Source of the DNA: Spirogloea muscicola
Taxonomy: Eukaryota
Reading direction: 5' to 3'
Assembly (NCBI GenBank): GCA_009602725.1
Contig: WELB01000014.1
Span: 1,263,828 to 1,307,671, forward strand
Length of the DNA: 43,844 nucleotides
The position numbers were made by a program, and so were the translations under genes. The notes under the pieces are model-generated. The model made no database searches and was not told where the DNA came from. It saw nothing but the letters and a program-made list of their open reading frames with translations. Shown in pieces: positions 1 to 10,685 of this stretch; positions within the stretch are counted from its first letter, which is position 1; every line of letters begins with the position of its first letter.

Positions 1-89
1 GTTCCGACGGCAACGCCCCCGGAGGCTGTTGAGTCGGCCACCCGCCCATCCCCGCCCGCGCCACGTCTCGGCCAGACCGTCGCGGCCGC

Positions 90-120
<31 letters not shown>

Positions 121-430
121 GCGAGCCATGGCCCAGGTGGAGGGCCGGAACTGCAGTCAGTACTACCGGCTTAAATTCGAAACTCCGCACTGGGCGCCAG
201 GCAGGGATGGCTTGCGGACTGGGGGCCTCCCAGAGAGAGGCCAAGAAGAAAAAAGAAGAAGAAGTGCTCGCCCATAGAGAAGAGGCCGGCCCTTCAGATT
301 GGGGAGAGTTATTTACGTCCACTTCAACAGCGTCGCCGCCTCAAAGAAGAAAAACGGCCAACCGATCTTGCTCAGCGCTCCCTGCTAGTTTTGCAACGGC
401 CCCCCGGCCCCCCCCCCCCNNNNNNNNNNN

Positions 431-630
431 ACCAGAAAGCTGGGCGAGCTCTAGTAGGTGGCAGAAGGGCTCCGTTCCTGGCATCTAGTATTCATGCATC
501 GAGTAGTGACCTTTATGTTTTGACCCGTGGTTATTGAGCGGGTCAATCTGCTGTAGGTTATGTAGATTTTTAGATGTGCTTGCCTTTGTACCTGGCCATT
601 TGGCCTACATTTCTTTCTAATACACGATCT
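431..630 (+). mobile_element. Family B retroelement 3' end
   Basis: QKAGRAL...SDLYVLTRGY* then GAGCGGGTCAA...TGTGCTTGCCTTTGTAC. Homologous copies at 4560-4770(-), 11005-11140, 25670-25872, 37325-37430(-) and 40130-40190(-). Confidence 0.75.
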
Positions 631-1324
631 CTTTTCTTCAGGGGCGAGGCACGGCGACCTTCAGCTGACGGTCTCGTTCGTCTCCTATTTCTCGTCTTAG
701 TCCTAGTCCTACGTACTCCGGCTCCTTCAGACCTTGTCCATTCCAGAGCTCATCTTCTTTGGGCCGGGCCTTTCCCAGCCACCAGTCAATCTGGCCGCGC
801 TTCCTGCTATTTCTCTGCCGACCTCCGCGCTCGTGCCCACGATGCACGCTTGGCGCCGCGTGGCCGCGCTTTCTTCGGCGGCTGCTTTTGTGAAGCGCTT
901 ATTCCGGCCCCCCTGCAGCAGTTCCTGGCCCATGCTGTAAAGCTTCGTGCTGGTCGCGCCCTGGCTGCCACCTCAGCCTCTAGGCTTTCTTCTCCCCTCT
1001 GAACCTTTGTGAATTCTTTTTGGGCTGGCTTTTCGCAGCCCTTGCCCCCATTGGGAGTGCCACTTCTTCTTCTTCTTTCTTCTAGGCGGGGCGCGCTCCT
1101 TGCTCTCAATTCAGGGGCTGGCCTCTCCCAGCCTCAAATTAATATGGCCGCGCTTGCTCTCTCAATCTGGTAAGCGCTGTTTGCTTGGCCTTGTTCATTC
1201 CCTTTCTCTAAGCTGGCGACCTACAGCCATTACAGCGATCGCCTTCTACTGGAAGAGCCTCTCATTTGGGCTGGCCTCCGCTCCTGTTACACCTCTCACC
1301 TTCTTTTCGGGCTGGCTTTTCACA

Positions 1325-1945
1325 CGGTCTCCACGCCCGTCGCGTAGACCTGGTGGCCACCCCACAGTCCGGCGGCCCACGTCTTCTCCTGGACGTGGTG
1401 ACCACCGACGCATACGACCGCTCGCACCCAGCCCAATGTGCCACCAAGGTTGGGTATTTGGTCGCCTGCGCCGCTTGGGCTAAAGAGCTCAAGTACGCCG
1501 ACCATCCGCGGGAAGACGAGTTCTTCCCGCTGGGGATTGACACGCATGGGGCGTTGGGCGCTCGGTGGCTCGAGTTGCTCACCCAGCTCGCCACGCCATC
1601 GCCCGTCGCTTCCATGGGGAGCCGGTGGACTTTCCTGCAGCCTGGTCGCTAGCGCAGGTGTACCGGATGCGCTTGGCCGTCTCGCTGCAGCGGTAGATGG
1701 CCCGCGCTGCACCTGCGGGCCGGCTGAGCCCTCGCTGCTGCCTCTGGCTCTGGCCAGGGGACCCACTTCCAGGAGCCCAGCGTATCTGACCTAAAGCTGC
1801 TTAGCAGGCGTTACTGAGTGATCCGTAGCTGCTTTGTTTCTGTGTGCTTGTTTTTCTTAGCGCTTCCCCTGGCCCCCTTCTCGTCCTTTGTTAATTCTTT
1901 TTTGGGCTAGCTTTTCCGGCCCCTATTCTCAATGGGCGAGCACTA
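1325..1945 (+). mobile_element. 5'-truncated RLE-type (CRE-like) non-LTR retrotransposon, family A: endonuclease C-terminus plus 3' UTR
   Basis: RRVDLV...LLLDVVTTD...AKELKYADHPREDEFFPLGIDTHGALG fits the PD-(D/E)xK RLE layout (D..D..K..KY..F.P.xxxT.G..G). After frameshifts it continues YRMRLAVSLQR...; stop at 1815-1817; then a 3' UTR with the hairpin and ...GGGCGAGCAC. Confidence 0.8.
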
Positions 1946-2749
1946 CCTCTTTACACAGCCCTTGCCCCCATTGGGACAGCCACTTCTTCTTCTCACAGAC
2001 CTCGCCCCCTTTGGATGAGCTTACTCTCTCACAGCCATCGCCTTACTTTGGGCTGGCTGTTTATATTCTACAAGGCTCGGCCCTTGACAAATATTTCCGG
2101 GCTGGCTGTTTACAGCCCTCCGCCTCTTTGGGAGAGCCACTTTGGTTTTACATTGCTTGCCCCCTTTGAAGCAGATGCTTCTCTTGTCCTGCTGCCACTT
2201 CCTCCCGCTTGCTGCTGCTGTTTAGGGGTCACTGAGCAGGAAGCCTTAGTGGTATCTACGGACTTCACGGCTTTTACAGTATCTACGGCTCTCTGTGGAA
2301 AGCTCTTACAATGTAAGGCGATGGCCAGCCCAAAAGGATGAGCAAGGTCCAAAAGGGCTGGAAGGTGCTAAAACACGAAAATAAGGTAACAGTCCGAAAG
2401 CCAGCTGAATGGGGACTAGCACCCACATTTGAGCACAGTAAGGTATAACACGTTGATACGGGGAGCTGGATCACCGTCATGGAAGACACTTTCTTCTAAA
2501 GCCAGTGGCCTGGCTTGCTGCGCACCCAGCACACTGATGTTTAACCAGAGCCTGGGAGCATTGCAGATTTAGCGACAGCTGCATTCTGTAACAGGCAACC
2601 AACCTTATGCCCCAAGCTGCCCCGCCAACCTCAACGAGGGAGAGAAAGTCGGCCCGCTGAGAGTCGGCCCCCCGCCTGTAGCCCGAGGCGGCAGCCAGGG
2701 CACAATAGCAGACACATGCAAGCCAGGGATAACTGCAGCGGAACAGAGA

Positions 2750-3050
2750 GAGTAAGCTCATCCAAAGGGGCGAGGGCTGTGAAAAGCCCGAAAAGATTGG
2801 AAAGGGTTCGAAGGGGCCGGAAAGAGAGAGGGCGCGCGGTGCGTTAAAAGTGAAAGGGAGGCCGATTCTAGCCTTTCAAATGTCCTTGTAATGGGGCAAT
2901 GAGCTGGCTAAGGGGGTCACCAACATCCGCAAATGAGCACGCAGACATCTGACAAGCTAAGCTGACGAGCCAGACCACTACCACGGAAGCTATTAGCCTG
3001 GCCTAATGCACGCCCAGCACGCTGGTGTATCGCGAGTGCCTGGGAGGTGC
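2750..3050 (-). mobile_element. Family C retroelement 3' end with tail
   Basis: SQALAIHQRAGRALGQANSFRGSGLARQLSLSD, the same UTR as 39790-40095, ending CACAGCCCTCGCCCCTTTGGATGAGC. Confidence 0.8.
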
Positions 3051-3349
3051 GGAAAGCGCTGATGTACACAACTAGCAAAGTATTACGATGGATGGTCACA
3101 CAAAAACATCTATTTAGTTGCCGCAAGTCAGAACGACTAGCTGCCTTGAAAGCAGTCCTCTTGACGAAAGCCAGAAACCAGCAGCTACAGCACGAGCCAG
3201 CTCCCAGATGCGAGGCGTGTGCCAAGGACCGCTGGAGGCTTATGAACAGGCGCAAGAACACCTGCGCTAGCCAGCCAGCGGCGTTGTAAGTACGGCCTGC
3301 TGGACACAGCGCGGCGTGCAAGCCCGGTCGACAGCTCTAGCAAGATGGA

Positions 3350-3470
3350 AGAAACAGCCTTTCCAGATTGACAGCAATGGCTGTGAGAGGCTAGCCCAAA
3401 GAAGAAAGTGCTCGCCCGTTGAGAATAGGGGCTGGAAAAGCCAGCCCAAAGGAATGGACAAGGTCTAGTG
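3350..3470 (-). mobile_element. Two stacked retroelement 3' tails
   Basis: Reverse complement: GACCTTGTCCATTCCTTT-GGGCTGGCTTTTCCAGCCC-CTATTCTCAACGGGCGAGCAC-TTTCTTC-TTTGGGCTAGCCTCTCACAGCC-ATTGCTGTCAATCTGGAAAGGC. Confidence 0.75.
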
Positions 3471-3661
3471 AAAGAGCCAGTTACAAAAAGCACTATAATG
3501 ACGGCAGTCAGGCCCTGGCGCCCTCGCCTCGCCCTTACCAACGTCGTGCCGCCGTCACCGCGACGTCGTCGGAGGTGGGCTAACTCCGGGCGAACTGGGG
3601 TGACCCACCCGAATTACACCGGCACCGGTTAAGACCTCGCAGCCCCTGAGCCCTCGGCCCT

Positions 3662-3693
3662 CAACCCTAAACAAGTCTAACCCTAAACCCTGA
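3662..3693. repeat. Short interstitial telomere-like (telo-box-like) repeats upstream of Der
   Basis: AACCCTAAAC...TAACCCTAAACCCTGAA. Similar tracts at 19818-19848, 20325-20343, 20500-20541 and 24750-24845. Confidence 0.6.
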
Positions 3694-3745
3694 ACAAGCC
3701 TCCCCGCGACCGCCGCCGTCGCTCGCGCCGCGATTGCCGGCGGCC

Positions 3746-6700
3746 ATGGCCGCCTTCGCGCCGCCGACGCCGTTGCCGGCACCGCGGCCCTTCGCCNTGG
3801 AACGGCGACGGGAGGTGGCAGCGCTGTAGACTGCCTTGACGGCGTTGTTAGCCGTTAGTGATGACGGCTGACGATAGCCTGGGGGTAGTGACCGTCAGCT
3901 GCTAATGACGGGGGACCGTCAGTATGGCGGTGGTTGCCGATGGATGGGTAGATTGTCGGTGGTAGCCCGTTGATAGCCGTCGACAGATCGAGGACGGGTC
4001 GTCAACGAGAGACTGGGTGCCGCCGCTGCTGCCGGCGCCGGAGGCGCGGGGCGAGGGCCGGGGTGGTGAGGAGGGCGGCGAGGGCCTGGGCCCGCGCCGC
4101 GGCGCCGCGCTGGACGAGGAGCTGGAGCGGGAGGCGGCCGAGGTGGCGCGCCGCTTCGAGCAGGCCGCCCTGGAGGCTCTCCCAGGTACGTCGGCAACGC
4201 CGGGCTCGGGGGTTTAAGGGCCTGGGTTCAGCGCGATTGGCCACTCCCCGATGCACTGGTCTTAGCTTACTACACCGGGAGTGGAATCAAACGGGGGCTC
4301 CATTGATTCACCGAAAGAGAGCGACGTTTGCCTTCTTGTCTCACGCCGCTGGGGCCTCCTTGGCGGCGGCGCAGTCGAGGACGAGGAAGATGGCGGCGCT
4401 GAGGCGGACGGCGCTGGCGCGAGCGGCTCCGAGGCGCAGCGGAGGAGCCCGCAGCGCAGCCGTGGAAGGCGTGGCAGGCAGCAGTTCACTCACGAGGTAG
4501 AGGTTCATCTTCCTACCCTCCATACCCACATGTCAATGCAAGTCTCTGGCAGTACATGAAATGGAGTGTGTATCAAGTGATGGAGGGCCCGAGTGGCCAC
4601 GTACAAAGGCAAGCACGTTGACAGATTTACTTCACCAGCTGCTAAGCTGACCCGCTCAGTTACCACGAGTCAGCAAACAGAGGTCGCTATTTGATACCCG
4701 AATACTGGACAGTAATTGACAAGCTCTTGTGCCACCAGCTAAGGCTCGACCAGCTTTCTGGTGCGGCAATGTGCCAAGCTTCCGGTCGTCGTTGGGGCGC
4801 GCTTCTGGTCATCGTGCTGCTATGGCCGCTTGCTTGCAGCACCAGCACTGCACAGACTCCGCCACGGTGTCTGACCCCTGCTGCATAATATGAGTGCAGG
4901 TTCCAGACCACCTCCTGCCCAAGGTGGCGATTGTGGGCAGGCCTAACGTTGGCAAGTCCGCGCTCTTCAACCGCATCGCAGGGGTGCGTTATACACCAGC
5001 CAGCATGCTTTACAGAGTGCCCTGCTGCAGCAGGCGCAGTGCTGCGGCACTATCTCATGCAGCCTTGCCTCTGATTGTGACGTTTGCAACGCCCACCTGG
5101 CTTGCTCGCGGTTCTTGCAACAGAGGGAGCTGGCAATCGTGTTCGACGAGCCCGGCGTGACGCGGGATCGGCTCTACACGCGCGCCTTCTGGGCAGCGCA
5201 CGAGTTTCTGGTCGCCGACACGGGCGGCGTCCTCACGCCGCGTGGCCTCGCCGACCCGTCTGATGCCGTGGCGGTCACCGCTGGCGGCGGCGCCCTGGCC
5301 CTCACGCAGGCCATGAAGGAGGCTGCGGCAGCAGGGCTTCCAGCCCTCATCGAGGAGCAGGTCGCCCAAGCCGTGGAGGACGCCGCAGCTGTCATCCTCG
5401 TCGTTGATGGGCAGGTTCAGGCTTCACACGCCCAGCAGTTTCACAGACCAGCAGCCCGCAAACACCTCAATCTTTTCACAGAACACCCTGCTTTATGTCA
5501 AGTACTTGTTGCTGTCCATGTGTTCATCAACTCATAATTAGGGTTGTTGGGATGACGGATACTATATATCATGAGATGCTCTGCATCACAAATGTTGAGG
5601 ATGTCAGGCTGCTACCGAAATTAGGCAGTGCTTGATTTGAGTGACTTGTCATGACAATGAGCTTGTGATTATTTGAAAGACTCATCGTCTTTGAGGACTC
5701 TGATAGCTTGATAAACCTCGGTGAGGGTCATCAGTGCCAATATCATGATCGTGACGCAGCCAGCATTGTTGTGCAGGCAGGCCTGACAGCAGCGGACGTG
5801 GACATTGCCGCATGGCTGCGGAAGACCTGCTCGTACAAGCACGTCACGCTGGCAGTCAACAAGTGCGAGTCACCTTCCAGGGGCGTCCTCCAGGCCTCCG
5901 AATTTTGGTCACTTGGGTGAGACTTTGCAGACTGCCCCCTTGTGTGACAAGTGCCGCTCCTTGTTGCATTACAGTGGTTTTCCAACATGGCTGCCACTAT
6001 AGATATCACGATGGAGGCAGGTCAATCGACCAGGGAGTTGTAATTGTAAACAATGTCTTGTTAGTATTTCAGTATACTAGAGCGAGGATTAATACGCCTC
6101 GCGGCCTCCATGGTAAATATGCAGACGTAACCTTCTCTGGTCGTATCTATGTCGTCAGTTTGTCATTCTAATAGAACTGTGCATGGCGTACTCCTGTGTG
6201 CAACATAATGCAGCTGCTGCACAGCAATTATATCTCATCACTTGCATTTACCACCAGATCAAAGGATGTGTTGGATACAACACACTGAGCTGTCAATGAG
6301 TCATGCTCACTTCATCGACGTGGGCAGGCACTCCTGTGTCAAATGAGAAGATGTCACTCTGAAGGCATGTTGCTGCTAACACTGCACTCATATCGAGTTT
6401 GGATGGAACCTCCGCTGCAGGTTCACGCCAATACCTGTGTCGGCGATCTCTGGCACGGGCACTGGCGACCTCCTAGACGACGTGTGCTCAAATCTGCCGC
6501 TCCCAGAGGTCAGGCTCCTTCGTACCAGCATATGTATGACAACTGTCAGCAGAGCACTCGCAGGCTACCTCTGCTGTGTATTGTGGATCTCAATGTTTGG
6601 ACTTATCAGGTTCGCACTTACCCAGTCCCAGAGTGCAGTAAGGGACAGCTTGACTAGGCCATAAGAAAGCAACGCTGCTTGTGCTCTGCCTTTGAATATG

Positions 6701-8998
6701 ATCCTGAGGCTTCGTCACCTTGTCAAGCCTGCGAAAGGCAATCCTGGAGGAGATCGATGCTGGAGATGAGGGGCGGCTGGGCGTTGCCATCGTCGGGCGG
6801 CCCAACGTGGGCAAGAGCTCGATACTCAACGCACTGGTGGGCGAGGTGAGGACGATAGTGAGCCCTGTCAGCGGCACTACCCGAGACGCGATCGACACCG
6901 ACTTTACTGGTCCTGACGGCGAGGTAAGCACTTGACCTGCAATTGCAAGGGATTTTTGTATGTTTGTGTGGAGTCCCTCAACGCATGATTTGATGGGGAT
7001 GACATGAGTCGCAGATGTGAAAGGGTCCACGTCCCCAATGTAAATAGTGGAGTGAATATATACAGCATGCAAACTCACCAAGAAATATAGGTGATGTGCA
7101 TCTTGTATTGTTTGTGGTTTTTTGTGTGGACCTATTTGTTGGCAACTTATGGCTGCTACATCGGCATCATGACAGTACAGCTCGCTGTCAACGGGGCAGC
7201 TCTTCTCGAAGCTTCAACTTGCCCTCACGTTTGCAGGAGTACCGCCTCATTGACACTGCCGGCATCCGGAGGCGGGCCGCGATCGCAGCCACTGGCAGCA
7301 AGACCGAGAGCCTGTCTGTGAATCGCGCCTTCCGAGCCATCCGACGAGCAGACGTGGTGGCCCTGATCATAGGTGCAATGGATGGCGTGACTGAGCAGGT
7401 AGTATTGAAGAGACGCTCTTGCTGCCATTGCTGACATTCTGCTTTTGCAATGTTTGCGTTCTTGTACTCCCTGGACTCCAGCTCCAGCTTGCCGGACTCG
7501 CTCAGTCTTGATGACGTGTCCTGGAAGGACCACATCTTGCTTGGGCTTGCCCAAAGCACGTTGGAAATGTGCAATGATGCCGTCACTCCTTTGTCTTGCA
7601 ACCACTCCATTGTCGTATTCCAGTGTGCAGTAATGTTGAATTGCGCAGATGGGCTACCGGAAGTGTTGGCATGTTGAGACGTGTCTCTCTGATGATTTGA
7701 ATCGCAGGACTTCCGGCTCGGTGAGCGGATGGAGAAGGAGGGCAAGGCCTGCATCATTGTCGTGAACAAGTGGGACATGGTGCCCAACAAGGACAGCCAC
7801 TCCACCGTGAACTATGAGGCAGACGTGCGGGAGAAGCTGCGGTGCCTTGACTGGGCGCCTATCGTGTACACGTCAGCCACGTCCGGCCAGAGAATACCAA
7901 AGTGAGCCATGACAGCTCAAGCCCTTGACCGCCTCAATCGGTCGCCCCTTGCCCATGATTTTGCTCGCCTTTGGTTGCAAACCCCCTCTCCCTTGATCAA
8001 TTCTGACAACCAACTCGATGACAGGAGTGGTCTTTGACACATGGGGCCCTCTTCTTTGTTGCTCGTACTTGAAGTCATGCACTAACCTCCAGTCATAGCA
8101 CATATATCATTGGTGCATGTGTGTTGGATGATTATCAGTGGGGGGACTACCATATCCATATGGTGCCGCCTGACACTCAATTGTTGTAGTGACCTGTGGC
8201 CATTGTTTGCCAAAAGTGCGTGTACATCATGGTTGGGCACAAGTGGTTGACACAGCAAAAGATGCGGTGCATTGCACACTGTAGGCAGCTTGCAGCTCAA
8301 GTGCGCTGACGCAGTCAATCCACTGCTTTGTCAGGGTTTTGGAGGTGGCACGGAAAGCGGCCAAGGAGCGGAGCCGGCGATTAACGACCGCCACGCTTAA
8401 CAGCGTGATCGCCGACGCCGCAGCGCTCAAGCAGCCACCCTCTGGCAAGGGCGGGAAGAAGGGCCGCATCTACTATTGCACTCAGGTGCACCTTCACCTC
8501 AGACACAGCGGATTATGACTCACGCTCACACCTCTAAGTCACACCTCTGCGCTCCGTTGCTAGCGGCTACTTTTCAGTAGCATGCTTAGTACTGACACTG
8601 ACAGTTTGCATGTGATGTATGGGAACTTTTCAGCAACTCCCAGACACATGCCCAGCATGCTCAAAGTGTGCAACTCACGTAGAAGGGGAGTCAGGGTTTA
8701 GGATGATTTGCTTCGCGATTCAGTATTATAACTCAGACATGTACCCCTCAATTACACTCAGCGAGCTCCAATTGCTATGCAGGCTGCTATACGGCCTCCG
8801 ACATTTGTGTTCTTTGTAAACGATGCGAGCCTGATGACGGAGCTCTACCGGCGGTACATGGAGCGGCAAATTCGGCAAAACGTGGGCTACTTTGGCACGC
8901 CACTGAGGCTGCTCTGGCGCAGCAAGCGGCGACCGGAGCGGGGCCAGCCACCGAAAGCTGGCAGCACGCGGCAGCCTGCAGAAGCCGGCAGAGTCTAA
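3746..8998 (+). CDS. der: GTPase Der/EngA (double GTPase, probably plastid-targeted), 12 exons
   Basis: Exons 3746-3814 (tentative, contains an N), 3987-4185, 4375-4496, 4900-4983, 5124-5414, 5777-5916, 6421-6508, 6738-6923, 7237-7398, 7708-7901, 8335-8485, 8783-8998. All introns are GT-AG with consistent phase. Two P-loops ([12 protein letters not shown]), [31 protein letters not shown] and C-terminal [18 protein letters not shown]. Confidence 0.95.
4560..4770 (-). mobile_element. Family B retroelement 3' end in a Der intron
   Basis: Reverse complement encodes [15 protein letters not shown]...[10 protein letters not shown], then GAGCGGGTCAGCTTAGCAGC...GGCCACTCGGGCCCTCCATCACTTGATACACACTCCA. 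Confidence 0.8.
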
Positions 8999-9736
8999 CT
9001 CTTGACAAGGCCCCTCTCTGAATGCATCTGCTGCTGTCCATCTGCATGTGCAGACCAGCTGCATGCAATAGTTGACTCATCATTTCAGCATGTACAAGCA
9101 AGTTTGCGTGCACATGGCAAGCCTTGCAGCTCCGAAGCAAGTCTAATGGGAGTTAAGGTACAAAGCTTCCGTAGTGCAGACATCTACCACTGCCTGGGAG
9201 CTAATGCCGACTTTGACTGCGCGGCAGCCAATGCCAGCCTTGTCCACAGCCAGGGATTGGCGAGCTATCCGCGGCCCTCACCAGCTCCTCCCGCAAATGC
9301 CACCATGCCACCAGATCACCTCTGCACGTCGCTGCAGAGAATCAATCAACTAAATACGTCCACCAATCTCAGGCAATCGTGGTGGAGCTATAGCTTGGGC
9401 GGCCTTGCTCCAGTCTGGTGATAGTGGACAGCCTAAGGCTTTTGTTCGGCAGCAAAATGATTGCCAAAAGGCGGGCGCCCATTGGTGACTAAGAGATGCC
9501 TTTGCCATCAGCAATGAGAGACGGGTGGCCACCTGTGCCGCAGCTCCTGCGCTCGGCTCGACCACGCAGAACAGGCCTGTGGCAGAGTCGCAGAACAGGC
9601 CTGTGGCAGAGACGTTAGTGCTGCGGCTAAGGCGGCAGCGCCGACTCACGACACTCAGCAGCGCTTTGCATGTCCCGACGCTGCCGCCGGCGTGGCGAAT
9701 GACAACCGGAAGACCCACACAAGTGGCGACTGCAGC

Positions 9737-10135
9737 TCAGCGGGGTGGCGGCGGGCTCCGCGACTGCGGCTTCGGCACGGGCTTGTACTCGAACGCGTCG
9801 AGGTCCACCTTGGCCCGCAGCGCCTGAGGGCGCAGCACCAGTACCGCCCATGGCGTCAGGCGGCGTCGGCGGACGTCGTCAGCGTCAGCAGGTTGTGCCG
9901 GTGAGCGCCGACGAAGGGAAGACCTCAAGCTCAGCGTTCAAGTCCAAGCTCCGCGGGCCGGCGCCGCCGCCGGCACCGCCGCCTCCGAGGCGCGCCCAGG
10001 CCTTGGCGTCGGTGGCGGCGGCCACGTCCCGGCGGCCTTGCAGCAGGTGGCCCAGGCCCGCCCAGCCCAGCACCACGAGCGCCGTCATCGGCGCGCCATA
10101 GCGCAGAAAGGGCCCGCCGCGCCGGGCCCCGCCTC
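9737..10135 (-). CDS. COX16: Cytochrome c oxidase assembly protein COX16 (5' end in N gap)
   Basis: Exons >10135-9924 and 9823-9737 with a GT-AG intron at 9824-9923. Spliced protein PFLRYGAPMTALVVLGWAGLGHLLQGRRDVA...LNAELEALRAKVDLDAFEYKPVPKP matches the plant COX16 pattern as I recall it (PFxRYGxPM...GLGxLLQG...KVDxxxYEYKxxP). Confidence 0.85.
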
Positions 10136-10685
10136 NNNNNNNNNNNNNNNNNNNNNNNNNNNNNNNNNNNNNNNNNNNNNNNNNNNNNNNNNNNNNNNNN
10201 NNNNNNNNNNNNNNNNNNNNNNNNNNNNNNNNNNNNNNNNNNNNNNNNNNNNNNNNNNNNNNNNNNNNNNNNNNNNNNNNNNNNNNNNNNNNNNNNNNNN
10301 NNNNNNNNNNNNNNNNNNNNNNNNNNNNNNNNNNNNNNNNNNNNNNNNNNNNNNNNNNNNNNNNNNNNNNNNNNNNNNNNNNNNNNNNNNNNNNNNNNNN
10401 NNNNNNNNNNNNNNNNNNNNNNNNNNNNNNNNNNNNNNNNNNNNNNNNNNNNNNNNNNNNNNNNNNNNNNNNNNNNNNNNNNNNNNNNNNNNNNNNNNNN
10501 NNNNNNNNNNNNNNNNNNNNNNNNNNNNNNNNNNNNNNNNNNNNNNNNNNNNNNNNNNNNNNNNNNNNNNNNNNNNNNNNNNNNNNNNNNNNNNNNNNNN
10601 NNNNNNCGCGGCGGCCGGCGTCGTAGCCGCCGCCGCCGCCGCCGCCGGGGTTCGCGCGGCGCCGAGGAGCGCGGGCCAGGGGGGC

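Noticed and set aside
1890..1945. Hammerhead or HDV ribozyme in the shared 3' motif
   Set aside because: I could not find a CUGANGA...GAAA core or a convincing HDV nested double pseudoknot by eye. A covariance-model search would be needed.
1950..2130. CRISPR array
   Set aside because: The constant part is only about 7 nt, the spacers are homologous retroelement tails, the context is eukaryotic and no cas genes are present.
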